A stretch of DNA of 64,000 nucleotides, taken from NCBI GenBank assembly GCA_963674755.2, contig CAXXVS010000003.1, forward strand, positions 1,792,001 to 1,856,000. The letters run 5' to 3'. A program made the translations under genes and the position numbers. Below are positions 39,289 to 49,542 of this stretch, piece after piece. The stretch is from Desulfobacterales bacterium. GTDB taxonomy: Bacteria > Desulfobacterota > Desulfobacteria > Desulfobacterales > UBA5852. The notes beneath the pieces are model-generated. The model was not told the DNA's origin and made no database searches. It was given only the letters and a program-made list of their open reading frames with translations. The stretch's first letter is position 1. Each line of letters opens with the position of its first letter.

Positions 39289-40702
39289 AGCGCAATATGC
39301 CATGGTGCTCAACCTGGACAAGTGCATCGGCTGCCACACTTGCAGCATCCCCTGCAAGAACGTGTGGACCAACCGCGAGGGTGCCGAGTACATGTGGTTC
39401 AACAATGTGGAATGCAAACCCGGCATTGGCTACCCCCAACAATGGGAGAACCAGGAGCGCCACCGGGGGGGCTGGGTCCTGCATGGCGCCCGCCTGCGGC
39501 TGAAAGCCGGCGGGCGGCTGCACAAGGGGCTCAATATCTTTCACAATCCCGACCTGCCCACCATCGACGAATACTATGAACCATGGGACTATGACTATGC
39601 CCGCCTGATCGACAGCCCCAAACGCAAGCACCAGCCCTCGGTGCGGCCACGTTCGCGGTTGACCGGCGAACCCATGACCCTCAAGTGGGGCCCCAACTGG
39701 GAGGACGATCTGGCCGGTCTGGCCGAAACCGGCCTGAAGGATACGAATTTCAAGAATCTGGAGGTTGCCGCCTATCTCCAGTTCCGCAACGTCTTCATGT
39801 TCTGGCTGCCGCGCCTCTGCGAGCACTGCCTCAATCCGGCCTGTGTGGCTTCCTGCCCCTCCGGAGCCCTCTACAAGCGCGAGGAGGACGGCATCGTGCT
39901 GGTGGACCAAGAGCGTTGCCGGGGATGGCGTTACTGTGTGTCGGGCTGTCCCTACAAAAAAGTCTATTTCAACTGGAAGACCGGGCGCGCGGAAAAGTGC
40001 ATCTTCTGCTATCCTCGTGTCGAAGCTGGCCTGACAACCCTGTGCGCGCATAGCTGCGTGGGGCGCATCCGTTACGTCGGTGTCCTGCTTTACGATATGG
40101 ATCGGCTGGCCCAAGCCGCATCGACCGCTTCCGACCAGGCCGTCTATCCGGCTCATCTGGACCTTCTGCTGGATCCCAACGATGCCGATGTTCGCCGTTC
40201 CGCCGCTTCCCAGGGGATTGCCCCGAACGTGCTGGCGGCCGCCGAACGATCGCCGGTGTATGCGTTGATCAAGGAGTGGCGGTTGGCCCTGCCGCTGCAC
40301 CCGGAATTTCGCACCCTGCCCATGGTGTGGTATGTGCCGCCGCTTAGCCCCGTCAGCCGGCAGGTGGCGCCTTCCCAGGAAGCGGATGCGATCGATCGTA
40401 TGCGAATCCCTATAACGTATCTGGCCAACCTGCTGACGGCCGGTGACGAGGCGCCCGTCCGCCATGCCCTGCGGCGCCTCTCGGCCGTTCGGCAGCACAT
40501 GCGGAACCAACGGGTGGAAAATCGATCCGATACGCAGGGACTCGATGCCGTGGGGCTCACCAGGGAAGAGACGGAAAAGATCTATCGCCTGCTGGCACTC
40601 GCTTACCTGGAAGATCGTTTTGTGCTGCCCACCAAACCCCAAATTCAAGATCGAGGGCCTTACGTCCATCAGGGCCGCTGCGGTTTCGGGGAGGCGCTAT
40701 GA
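39278..40702 (+). CDS. narH: Respiratory nitrate reductase beta subunit
   Basis: LDKCIGCHTCS-CK, CEHCLNPAC, CRGWRYC, KCIFCYPR. Confidence 0.98.
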   Translation: MKIKAQYAMVLNLDKCIGCHTCSIPCKNVWTNREGAEYMWFNNVECKPGIGYPQQWENQERHRGGWVLHGARLRLKAGGRLHKGLNIFHNPDLPTIDEYYEPWDYDYARLIDSPKRKHQPSVRPRSRLTGEPMTLKWGPNWEDDLAGLAETGLKDTNFKNLEVAAYLQFRNVFMFWLPRLCEHCLNPACVASCPSGALYKREEDGIVLVDQERCRGWRYCVSGCPYKKVYFNWKTGRAEKCIFCYPRVEAGLTTLCAHSCVGRIRYVGVLLYDMDRLAQAASTASDQAVYPAHLDLLLDPNDADVRRSAASQGIAPNVLAAAERSPVYALIKEWRLALPLHPEFRTLPMVWYVPPLSPVSRQVAPSQEADAIDRMRIPITYLANLLTAGDEAPVRHALRRLSAVRQHMRNQRVENRSDTQGLDAVGLTREETEKIYRLLALAYLEDRFVLPTKPQIQDRGPYVHQGRCGFGEAL

Positions 40703-41319
40703 TCGGAAAAGCAAAAGCAGGAAATGAAATGGTCGATGCGCGCGGCGTTGCCTTCAGGGTGCTGGCGTTGCTGCTGCACTATCCCGACGGCGAGCTCTTC
40801 GACAACCTGGGGGAGATCGCTTCGGTTGCCGGACATGTGCAGCCAACGGGGATGCAATCCGCCATCCAGACGTTCGTCGAATATCTGAGGCAGCAACCGC
40901 TCATCCAGGCCCAGGAGCGCTATACGGCCGCTTTCGATGTGGATCCGGCCGCAACCATGAACCTGACCTACCATATTTATGGGGACAACGAAGAACGGGC
41001 GGCAGCGCTGGCCCGGCTGCAGCGCAACTATGAACGGGCCGGCTGGGAGCGGGCCACGGGGGAGTTGCCCGATTATCTGCCGTTAATGCTCGAGTTCCTT
41101 GCGGTATGCGGGCATCCTGAGCATGCTGAGGTTGTTTGGGAAGGTCTTCAGGGCCTCGGCAAATTGACCGCGCACCTGGAGAAAGAAGCACCGGTCTATG
41201 CCTCCCTGCTGCATCCGCTGACCCAAATGGCCGCCGACAGGAAGAGAGGGCCGTCCAACAGCGACGGTCCGGGGGAAACCACTCCAATCCGCAGGAGATG
41301 CGCCCATGAGCTTCTATGA
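40699..41319 (+). CDS. narJ: Nitrate reductase Moco assembly chaperone
   Basis: LL-YP, QERY-FD, ELPDYLP-LEF; operon position. Confidence 0.95.
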   Translation: MIGKAKAGNEMVDARGVAFRVLALLLHYPDGELFDNLGEIASVAGHVQPTGMQSAIQTFVEYLRQQPLIQAQERYTAAFDVDPAATMNLTYHIYGDNEERAAALARLQRNYERAGWERATGELPDYLPLMLEFLAVCGHPEHAEVVWEGLQGLGKLTAHLEKEAPVYASLLHPLTQMAADRKRGPSNSDGPGETTPIRRRCAHELL

Positions 41320-41983
41320 TACACTGCTGTTTACCGTTTTTCCATATTTGTGTCTTACGGTCTTCGTCCTCGGACACGGCTACCGTTATGTGACCGACCG
41401 GTATGGATGGAACGCCCGTTCCAGTGAGTTTTTGGATAAAGACGCGCTGCGCTATGGTTCCGTCCTGTTTCATGTGGGCATTCTTCTGACCTTGGCCGGC
41501 CACACCGGCGGTCTTTTGATCCCCCAATATGTGTTTGACCGGGTGGGAATCGACAGCAAGGCCCATCTTACCGTTGCTTACTGGTCCGGGCTGGGCGTCG
41601 GGATAGCCGCTTTTGTCGGATCGCTGTTGCTGCTGTGGCGTCGTATCGGCAACCAGCGCGTAAAGGCGGCCGGCACGGCCAATGACCTGGCGACGCTTGG
41701 CGGACTTGTGATTGTTGTCGGTCTGGGGCTCTACAACGTCATATTCGGCCATTTCAATGTTCTCGATACGGTGGCGCCCTGGATCCGCGGCATACTCACT
41801 TTCCAGCCCGCGCCGGCGTTGATGCAGATGGTGCCCATCAGCTACAAGCTTCACATTCTCACGGCTTTGACATTGCTGGCCTTTTCGCCCTTCAGCCGCC
41901 TGGTTCACATCTGGAGTGCCCCGGTTTTCTTTTTTTTCCGGAGTCCCATCGTCTTCAGGCGCAAAACCGGGTGGTCGCGGTGA
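41306..41983 (+). CDS. narI: Nitrate reductase gamma subunit (cytochrome b)
   Basis: FPY, W-RSSEFL, FH-GI...GH, KLH, PFSRLVH. Confidence 0.96.
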   Translation: MSFYDTLLFTVFPYLCLTVFVLGHGYRYVTDRYGWNARSSEFLDKDALRYGSVLFHVGILLTLAGHTGGLLIPQYVFDRVGIDSKAHLTVAYWSGLGVGIAAFVGSLLLLWRRIGNQRVKAAGTANDLATLGGLVIVVGLGLYNVIFGHFNVLDTVAPWIRGILTFQPAPALMQMVPISYKLHILTALTLLAFSPFSRLVHIWSAPVFFFFRSPIVFRRKTGWSR

Positions 41984-42033
41984 GGGGAACTGCCGGCGCT
42001 CGACCGATGAAATCAACAGAAAGGGAGGCGGAG

Positions 42034-43344
42034 ATGGAAAATGAAAATGTATGCTATGCCCAGTCCCGCAAGGAAGTTGCCCTCTTCTGGACGACATTGG
42101 CCTTTTTTGGCGGGTTCGCAGGTGTGTCGGCCTTCGGTCCGATCGTCGCCAAACTAAAGGATACTATGGCCCTAAGCCCCCTCCTCATGGGCCTGCTGGC
42201 GGCCTGCCCGGCTCTGAGCGGTTCCCTCCTGCGCATACCCTTCGGCGCCATGGTGGATCGCATGGGCGGCAAAAAGCCGATCCTCATCCTTCTGGGCCTG
42301 GCGGCCTGCGGCATCGCCGGGATCATGACGATGTTTTATCTCCACCCCGAACCCCAGTCCGGGCACTACCTGTTGTTTGCCCTTTTCGGCGTCCTATGCG
42401 GTTCCGGCATCGCGGTTTTTTCAGTGGGCATCCCCACGGTTTCCTATTGGTATCCGCAGAAAAAACAGGGTTCGGCGCTGGCGATCTACGCCGGTTTGGG
42501 AAACCTGGCCCCGGGAATGTTCGCCATGCTGCTGCCCTTTCTGGTGGTCACGATCGGTTTCACGGTCTCCTACATTCTTTGGCTGTCAATGCTGGCCGTT
42601 TTGCTGGCGCTTATAGGCATCTACATGAAGGATGCCCCGTATTTCCAGTACCGCCAGATGGGTATCGACATCGATCCGGATGCCTTGCTGTTCGCTTGCG
42701 GCGAGGAACTCGTTCCGTCGGGTACGGCTCTGCAGTCTTTAAAAACCGCCGGGGCGGATTGGCGCACCTGGATTTTGACCTATTTTTATTTCGTGACCTT
42801 CGGCGGCTTCATTGCCCTGACGGTCTGGTTTCCGACCTATTGGGCCGAGTATCACCACTATAGTCTGGTAATGGCTGGAGGACTCACGGCGCTCTATTCG
42901 CTGTCCGCCAGCCTGCTCAGAGTGCTCGGCGGCTATACGGCCGACCGTATAGGCGGAGAAAAGGTCACCCTGTATTCATTTGTTGTGGTGGCGGCCGGCG
43001 CTTTGCTGGTGGTTGTGGCGGCCCAGTCGGCTCTTGCGGCATTGGCCGGTGAGATGCTGCTGGCATTGGGCATGGGATTTGCCAATGCGGCCGTGTTCAA
43101 GCTCGTTCCGAAATACTCTCCCACAGCAGTTGGTGGCGCCGCAGGAATCGTGGGCGGGCTTGGTGCTTTCGGCGGCTTTGTCGTACCACCCCTGATGGGT
43201 CTGTTCATCAAGTTCAGTGGTGCGCCGGGCTACGCACAAGGGTTTTTCGTCTTTTTGGTCCTTTCGGTCGTTGCGCTGCTGCTGTTTGGTGTCTTGTACC
43301 GGTTTTCAACATCCGGTTCAAAAGTAGCCCTGGTATCAGACTAA
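42034..43344 (+). CDS. narK: MFS nitrate/nitrite transporter (NarK/NNP family)
   Basis: GSLLRIPFG, S-WYP-QG-A, FGGF, GIVGGLGAFGGF; follows narI. Confidence 0.88.
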   Translation: MENENVCYAQSRKEVALFWTTLAFFGGFAGVSAFGPIVAKLKDTMALSPLLMGLLAACPALSGSLLRIPFGAMVDRMGGKKPILILLGLAACGIAGIMTMFYLHPEPQSGHYLLFALFGVLCGSGIAVFSVGIPTVSYWYPQKKQGSALAIYAGLGNLAPGMFAMLLPFLVVTIGFTVSYILWLSMLAVLLALIGIYMKDAPYFQYRQMGIDIDPDALLFACGEELVPSGTALQSLKTAGADWRTWILTYFYFVTFGGFIALTVWFPTYWAEYHHYSLVMAGGLTALYSLSASLLRVLGGYTADRIGGEKVTLYSFVVVAAGALLVVVAAQSALAALAGEMLLALGMGFANAAVFKLVPKYSPTAVGGAAGIVGGLGAFGGFVVPPLMGLFIKFSGAPGYAQGFFVFLVLSVVALLLFGVLYRFSTSGSKVALVSD

Positions 43345-43412
43345 AGGCACCAGAAACCGTCGTCGGAAGGGAAGACGCGCTCTGCCCCTGACGGCTTCTT
43401 CAGGAGTAATTC

Positions 43413-44021
43413 ATGGTCAATGAACAAGATACGGCTTTGGTCTGTGGAAGGTCGATAGAAGAATGTTTTAGGATTATTGAACGATTTCACGGCTGGAAAG
43501 CGCCGGGGCTTGTCCTAGGCCTTTTCATGGTGGATCTGGCCCGCGAATTGATCGGCCCCGGAACGGAAGCCGACGCCATTGTGGAAACCCGTCATTGCCT
43601 GCCGGACGCTATTCAGCTCTTCACGCCGTGTACCATCGGCAACGGCTGGATGAAGATTCTGGATTGGGACAAGTTTGCCTTGAGCCTGTATGATCGAAAG
43701 ACCCGGAAAGGATTTCGGGTGTGGGTCGACCTGGAGAAAATGCGGCGATTCCCGCAATTGTACAAATGGTATATGCGCCTGATTCACAAAAAAGACCTCC
43801 CCCTCGATGTCTTGTTGGGCGTTGTTTTAGAGGCAGGGCCGCATGTCCTATCGTCGAACGCCATTACCATGACCCGGTTTCATGAGCGACTAAAGAAAAC
43901 GGATATCAACGTATGCCCGGTCTGCAACGAAGCTTTTGCCGCAGCCCAGGGTCCGGTTTGCCTGGCATGCAAAGGACGCGGCTATTACGAAGCCGCCGAC
44001 ACCATGGTGGTTGCCAAATAA
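43413..44021 (+). CDS. FmdE-family protein with C-terminal Zn finger
   Basis: FHG-APG, ET-CLPDAIQ, CTIGNG, CPVC...CLAC. Confidence 0.9.
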   Translation: MVNEQDTALVCGRSIEECFRIIERFHGWKAPGLVLGLFMVDLARELIGPGTEADAIVETRHCLPDAIQLFTPCTIGNGWMKILDWDKFALSLYDRKTRKGFRVWVDLEKMRRFPQLYKWYMRLIHKKDLPLDVLLGVVLEAGPHVLSSNAITMTRFHERLKKTDINVCPVCNEAFAAAQGPVCLACKGRGYYEAADTMVVAK

Positions 44022-44108
44022 TAACCTGCGTGGGGCAAAAAGAAATGTAAAAGACCGTTAAGATTGAAGATGCGGCCGGGCTTCTCCATTCGGGAAGACG
44101 GCGGAGTT

Positions 44109-44423
44109 ATGCAAATGAGTCTCTGGTATGGAAAAAACCTTGGCGATGCCATGTTGGCAGGGGAGCATCTAGACCACATCCAAGACTTGTATGGGTCGAT
44201 TTATGGCAAGTTCAAGCGGCGCTCGAACGTGGCGGTATTCTATCGACATGAATCCGAAGGACGCCTTCATTGCGAGGTTTGGGTATACTTTTCTCCGGCC
44301 GCATTCGAATTGGCAAAGGCGGTCGCGGCCGAGCCGTGCCAGCAGCCGTCCATAAACAGCCTGGGTCTGTTGGTTGGACCGGAAAATTGCTGGACCGTTC
44401 TTTTCCACGGGCGCCGTGATTGA
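44109..44423 (+). CDS. Conserved hypothetical protein
   Basis: GGAG RBS; LGDAMLA...RHESEGRLHCEV-VYFSPA, recalled as a proteobacterial hypothetical family. Confidence 0.7.
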   Translation: MQMSLWYGKNLGDAMLAGEHLDHIQDLYGSIYGKFKRRSNVAVFYRHESEGRLHCEVWVYFSPAAFELAKAVAAEPCQQPSINSLGLLVGPENCWTVLFHGRRD

Positions 44424-44467
44424 CGTCATAATCGTCTTTCCATCCATTGCTTGCGGTTGATCTTCCA

Positions 44468-45955
44468 TCATCGTGTGACCGCGGGCAAGGCTGCATCGAT
44501 CGGCAGGGACGCGACAGCTTCGAGCATGGCATCCATGGTTTGAAATCGCTCCCGCGGGTCGCGGCGGCATGCTTTGCAGATAAGGTCGGCCATGTCAGCG
44601 AGCAGATTCGCAATTGCTTCACGCGGATCCGCTATTTCCCGATCACAGTGTAGTTTCATCAAAAGAGACAGGTCATCCTCAGGAAAGGGACGACGACCCA
44701 CCACCATCTCGTAGGCCAGAATACCGAGGGAATAGATGACGGTTCGCTGATCAAGGGGATCGCCTTCGATTTGCTCAGGGGACATGTAGAACACGGCGCC
44801 ACCGAAGTCGGAATCCTCCGCTCCGATGCGGCAAGCTAGCCCAAAATCAAGGATTTTGAGGTAATCGCCGGCCAGCACGATCACGTTGGTGGCATTGATA
44901 TCCCGGTGAATGATGCCATGGGCGTGAGCATACCGAAGGCCGCAGCAGATTTCGTGAAGATAGCGGGCAGCCAGGCCGGGCGAAAATCGACGATACCTTT
45001 TTAGCCGTGTTTATAGCGCTTCGCCTTCCAGGTATTCCGTCACGAGAAAAAGGGTACGGAATTTTTCTTCGACGTCGTATAGTTTTATAATATTAGGATG
45101 CTCAAGGTCGGCCATAATCCTCCCCTCATTGCGAAAACTCCGGATAAAGTCAGAGTTCATGGCCATGTCATGGCGCAACATCTTGATCGCCACGGGTGTC
45201 CCTTGGTCGGCATGAACGCCTTTGTAGACATTACTGTAACCGCCCCTGCCGACAATATCGGTGGCGATATAATGACCGATCGTTCGTTCGGCCACCGGGC
45301 GCCGGGAATCGAAGCGATCCGCCACGAGCTCGGTCAAGAAATCGCGCACATCAGGATCCACTTGGAATAGTGCGCGCAAGTTCTTGTGGGTCAAACACCA
45401 CACACGCATATCGGTTTCCGCCTCGGCATGCGCGCGGCGGGGTTCGCCTGTCAAAACCGATGTCATCCTCACGATATCGCCCTCGCCGCGATGGTCGATG
45501 GGGTGGAATTGGTTGTTTTTTTCAACGATCAGCAGACTGGTGCCATGTTGGATGATGAAGGCTTCATCCGCAGGTTCCCCCTGGCTGAAGAGGCGTTCTC
45601 CGGCAGCAATCTCACGAGTGGTCATATCTTGAAACAAAGGGATATCTGCATTGCTGAACGCCAGACGTATGAATTTGGTCCGAAGGTTGGCCGTGCCTTC
45701 TTCCGCCCGCACCCTATGGTAAAAAGTGCATTTGAGGCATGACGCCCGCTTTTGCGCAAAGGTGCCTTGGATTCCCCCCTCACAGAAGGTACCCGCCACG
45801 GCCCAGCAGAAGCGCCCGCCGCAAGTGCCGAAGTTGATGCCATCAAAGGTCCTATCGCTGGCCGCCGGGCACACACCGTGTTCGGCCACCATGGGTCCTC
45901 CCGGCTGGCGGCCGCATTTTTTAATTTCCCAGCAATTGAGCTTATTCGTTCTCAT
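44468..45955 (-). pseudogene. two-CW Cys-rich domain + cNMP-binding domain + Ser/Thr kinase, interrupted by an in-frame TAA at 45011-45013
   Basis: NCWE-KKC...FCWAVAGTFC; LFSQGE...RGEGD; GRGGYS, VAIK; after the stop the same frame continues HRDINATN, DFG, YMSPE. Confidence 0.88.
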
Positions 45956-45965
45956 CCGGCAACTG

Positions 45966-46505
45966 TCATGTGAGGGCGATTTCTTCTGCCAAGTCCTGGT
46001 GTTTTCGTATAGAGGAGGCATCCGCTGTGGATATCCCGTGAAACTGCGTCATCAACATTTCTTTTTCCCTATTGGATAGTGTTTTTTCCACCATAGGGAA
46101 AAACAGGTGATCCTCCATATGGATGTGGTGGCGTAAAACCGTCGTATAGGCGGCCATGTTGCCCAGGATGGTAAGAGTGGCCATTTCATCCCCCTCGGCA
46201 TAGGCATCCAGGGCTTGCGCAATCTCGCGGATGTAGCCGCGGCACAGTTCGTGGCCATAGCGCAGGGCGCCCATATGCAGATCCAGACGTCCGGCTTCCT
46301 TCTGTGCCAGAAGACCGAACATCAGATATTCTTCTTTGAAATGGTGGAAGCGGTCGGCGAAATTTTGAAAAAATGCGATGGCTTTTTCCAGCAATTTGCG
46401 GGAGGGGTGCTTATCCTGCTCCATTGCAACCTGGACTTGGTCAAGGGACTTCAATACCTGGAGGATGACACCGTGTTCCGCGGTCAGGATCTTCGTTGCG
46501 AGCAT
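45966..46505 (-). CDS. Hemerythrin (HHE) domain protein
   Basis: EH-I, HHFKEE-MF, HIHMED-FFP; GGAGG RBS. Confidence 0.9.
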   Translation of the reverse strand: MLATKILTAEHGVILQVLKSLDQVQVAMEQDKHPSRKLLEKAIAFFQNFADRFHHFKEEYLMFGLLAQKEAGRLDLHMGALRYGHELCRGYIREIAQALDAYAEGDEMATLTILGNMAAYTTVLRHHIHMEDHLFFPMVEKTLSNREKEMLMTQFHGISTADASSIRKHQDLAEEIALT

Positions 46506-46588
46506 GATGGCCTCCCTGTGAATTTGTGGTTTAGCAAGCCTATATGCCGCCGCAAGTTTATTCTTATGGATATCAGCAGCAAAACGCT

Positions 46589-46602
46589 TTGACCTATGTC
46601 AA
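46589..46602. promoter_or_regulatory. Crp/Fnr-family box in the divergent promoter
   Basis: Perfect palindrome TTGAC-CTAT-GTCAA. Confidence 0.75.
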
Positions 46603-46675
46603 TCCATCATATAAGTGTGAGATATCAAATATCGGCAAACTGCCTTCTCTCCTACTTTTTCAACACAGGAACCTG

Positions 46676-47371
46676 ATGCCACGCCATCTTTCATCGCTGA
46701 ATGCACTCCAGAAATCCGATGTGTTCAAAGGCATGAATGAACAGCAATACGAAGATGTCATCCGCCGCGGCCATCGAAAAACAGTCGGGAAGGATAGCGT
46801 CTTGTTTCACCAGGGTGATCCGGCCACCCATTGCTATTTGGTGAATCGCAACCGACTGAAGCTGACTAAACTCAATGAGCAGGGTAAAGAGGTGATCATC
46901 CGTTATATTGGTGCCGGAGAATTAACCGCGGCAGCTGCCGTGATCAAAGACGGCCTGTATCCGGTAACGGCCTCCTCCATTGACGAAACGGAAGTGGTTG
47001 CCTGGGACAAAATCACTATGATGGAAATGATGCACCACTTCCCCGCTATCGCCATCAATCTGCTTGGAATTATCCTCGCCCGTATCGACGACGTTCAACA
47101 GCGCTATCTCGAAGTCTGCACCGAGCAGGTGGACCAGCGCATCGCGCGCTCCCTGCTCAGGCTGATGCGTTCGGCCGGCTCGAAAAGTCAAAACGGCATC
47201 CTGATTGAAATCCCCCTGAGCCGCCAGAATATCGCCGACTATACCGGCACCACGTTGTATACGGTCAGCCGTACACTGAGCGCCTGGGAGAAGAAGGGTT
47301 GGATCCAGTCCGGCCGTGAACGGATTGTCGTAACGGACCCCCATGCCCTGGTCGCGTTTGCCGAGGGGTAA
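46676..47371 (+). CDS. Crp/Fnr-family regulator, NnrR-like
   Basis: LFHQGDPA; YPVTA; recognition helix GTTLYTVSR resembles NnrR GTTLHTVSR; no FNR-type Cys cluster. Confidence 0.88.
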   Translation: MPRHLSSLNALQKSDVFKGMNEQQYEDVIRRGHRKTVGKDSVLFHQGDPATHCYLVNRNRLKLTKLNEQGKEVIIRYIGAGELTAAAAVIKDGLYPVTASSIDETEVVAWDKITMMEMMHHFPAIAINLLGIILARIDDVQQRYLEVCTEQVDQRIARSLLRLMRSAGSKSQNGILIEIPLSRQNIADYTGTTLYTVSRTLSAWEKKGWIQSGRERIVVTDPHALVAFAEG

Positions 47372-47430
47372 ACACACCGCACCTGCCTTCCCTTTTCTAA
47401 ATTTTCCACTTCCCAAAAAAATGTGCCTTG

Positions 47431-47446
47431 TTTGCGCCAGCGCAAA
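47431..47446. promoter_or_regulatory. NnrR-type box upstream of the DUF1858-hcp operon
   Basis: TTTGCG-CCAG-CGCAAA; -10-like TAAGGT at 47468-47473 gives class II (-41.5) geometry. Confidence 0.78.
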
Positions 47447-47556
47447 GACAAGGCCATGATTTCTCGTTAAGGTAGCGCCAAAATGACCCACGAACTCAAT
47501 GCCGAGGTTTGGTCGGTGTTCGAATCGGCCGGCAATCGGATGGGGAATTCCCAAAA

Positions 47557-47799
47557 ATGAAAACGGTGATCAACGAAACCATGACGGTAAAGGAACTGTT
47601 GGACGATCACCCGCATTTGTTGCAAAGGTTTATCGACTTGAAACTGATGTGTGCGGGCTGTCCTGCCGATGCCTTCCATAGCCTGGCAGACGTGGCCAAG
47701 GAATATGGTCTCGATCAGCGCCAGTTTCTTGCCGACCTCCAAAAGACCATCGGGTTGGCTGGCGAGCATCACCACAACGACGGTGGCTCCAACGCGTAA
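47557..47799 (+). CDS. DUF1858 (Hcp-associated redox-disulfide-like) protein
   Basis: MTVKELL-HP...CAGCP...SL-DVA-YGLD. Confidence 0.82.
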   Translation: MKTVINETMTVKELLDDHPHLLQRFIDLKLMCAGCPADAFHSLADVAKEYGLDQRQFLADLQKTIGLAGEHHHNDGGSNA

Positions 47800-47818
47800 A
47801 CAACGAAAGAATAGTCTT

Positions 47819-48844
47819 ATGAATCTTCGAATCCCTGGCAACCTTCTTACCACCGCAATGGCGGTAATGCCGCACACTGATGTGGAACGGGCGCTTGAAA
47901 CGGCGCTTTCGCTGGATGTCCCGTTCTGGCCCCAGCTCCCCAATTACAGCTATTACGAAGACATGTACGTGCAGGCTGCCGAGCACTTTCCAGGCATCGT
48001 TCTCGACCTGGAGAAGCGCACACTACGCTTTTCCATGGAAAAGTTTACCGATGAACTGGAAGAGGCTTTGCTGCATTTCGACGATCCTGACTACTTTGAC
48101 GTCAGCGAGACCTATTCCGCTGTCTACCACCGTTTTTTGGCAATGAACTTGAGCGACAGACCCGCCATCCGGGGGCAGCTGGAAGGCCCAATCAGTTTCG
48201 GCTTCAATGTCCTGGACCAGGACGAACGGCCGATCCTCTTCGACGATACCGTGCGGCCTTTCATGCTTGATTTCATGGCCAGACGCCTCAACGTGCAGCT
48301 CGCCCGATTGCGGCAGAAAAACCCCAACGCCTTCATGTTCGTTGACGAGCCGGGCCTGCAATTCCTCTTTTCGGCCATGGCCGGCTATGGGGACCTGAAG
48401 GCCAAAGGCGATCTTGATGAATTTTTCGCCCAGGTCGACCGACCCCGGGGCATCCACCTCTGCGGCAATCCAGATTGGGATTTTCTGCTCAACCTGGACC
48501 TCGACGTGCTCTCCCTGGATCTCTACACCAATGCCGAAATTTTCGCCTCCTATGCCAAGTCCATCGGACGGTTTCTCGACCGCGGCGGGGTCATTGTCTG
48601 GGGCATCGTGCCCACTGGGTTCGAACCCTTTGCCAAGGAGGAGGTGCCAACCTTGATCGTGCGCCTTGAAAGCGTCTGGAGCATCCTGTGGGCCAAGGGC
48701 ATCGACCGGGAGCGGCTGATCGCCCAGAGCATGCTTTCCCCCGCCACCTGCTGCCTGGTCAACCCGGACAAGGAACGGACGGTGGAACGCGCTTTTGAAG
48801 CTGTTCGGCGCATGGGCGGACAACTTCGGGACAAGTATTTGTGA
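47819..48844 (+). CDS. Core (short) MetE/UroD-superfamily protein, MesB-like
   Basis: FWPQLP...MYVQ, GQLEGP, VDEP, GIHLCG, WGIVPT, SPATCC; about 340 aa with no folate-binding domain. Confidence 0.75.
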   Translation: MNLRIPGNLLTTAMAVMPHTDVERALETALSLDVPFWPQLPNYSYYEDMYVQAAEHFPGIVLDLEKRTLRFSMEKFTDELEEALLHFDDPDYFDVSETYSAVYHRFLAMNLSDRPAIRGQLEGPISFGFNVLDQDERPILFDDTVRPFMLDFMARRLNVQLARLRQKNPNAFMFVDEPGLQFLFSAMAGYGDLKAKGDLDEFFAQVDRPRGIHLCGNPDWDFLLNLDLDVLSLDLYTNAEIFASYAKSIGRFLDRGGVIVWGIVPTGFEPFAKEEVPTLIVRLESVWSILWAKGIDRERLIAQSMLSPATCCLVNPDKERTVERAFEAVRRMGGQLRDKYL

Positions 48845-48924
48845 TCTGATTGGCCGTCATCAAAAGACCGCATGGAGGATGTGACGGCCCCCTGGTCCCA
48901 ACATACAAACATGGAGAATACCAT

Positions 48925-49530
48925 ATGAATGCAGCCAACCTTCGCGAATGCACCCCTGTCGAAATTTCCGATGAGGACGTCATGGCCGCCATGAAGGCCA
49001 TGCGGGGATATATCGACATCACCCCGGCCGATTTCCGGGAGGTCTACCGCGTGGCCTATGCCCTGGCCCAGGAACGGATGATGTCGGCATTTAAGGCCGC
49101 CGACATCATGAGCACGCCCGTGCACACTGTCCACGTTGACAACGATTTGATCAGCACGGCCGCCCTGCTGGCTGAAAAGGGCATCGCGGGGGTCCCGGTA
49201 ACGGATCCGGAGGGGTGCGTGGTCGGCGTGATCTCCGAAAAGGATTTCTTGCGCCGCATGGGCGCCGGCCCAAATGGATCCTTCATGCAGGTCGTGGCCC
49301 ACTGCCTCACCAATAAGGGGTGTGTGGCCACCCCCATGAAGAACCGTACGACCGGCGATATCATGACCGCACCGCCGATTACGGCCGGGGTCGACATCAC
49401 CATCGGGGCCATCTCCGCCCTCCTCATGGAAAAGAACATCAACCGACTTCCGATCGTGGATGCAGACGGCAAGCCCGTAGGAATCGTTACCCGCTCGGAC
49501 TTGGTCAACTCATTTTGTATGCTGGGATAA
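48925..49530 (+). CDS. CBS-domain protein
   Basis: Two CBS repeats (DIMS...GVPV...GVISEKD; DIMT...RLPIVD...GIVTRSD); N-terminal YIDIT segment. Confidence 0.9.
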   Translation: MNAANLRECTPVEISDEDVMAAMKAMRGYIDITPADFREVYRVAYALAQERMMSAFKAADIMSTPVHTVHVDNDLISTAALLAEKGIAGVPVTDPEGCVVGVISEKDFLRRMGAGPNGSFMQVVAHCLTNKGCVATPMKNRTTGDIMTAPPITAGVDITIGAISALLMEKNINRLPIVDADGKPVGIVTRSDLVNSFCMLG

Positions 49531-49542
49531 ACGGGAGCCGCT

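Noticed and set aside
39245..42097. Minus-strand ORFs of 474 and 398 aa over narH/J/I
   Set aside because: Antisense shadows of well-supported genes.
45011..45013. Selenocysteine/pyrrolysine read-through in the kinase
   Set aside because: The stop is TAA, at a non-catalytic position, and other lesions are present.
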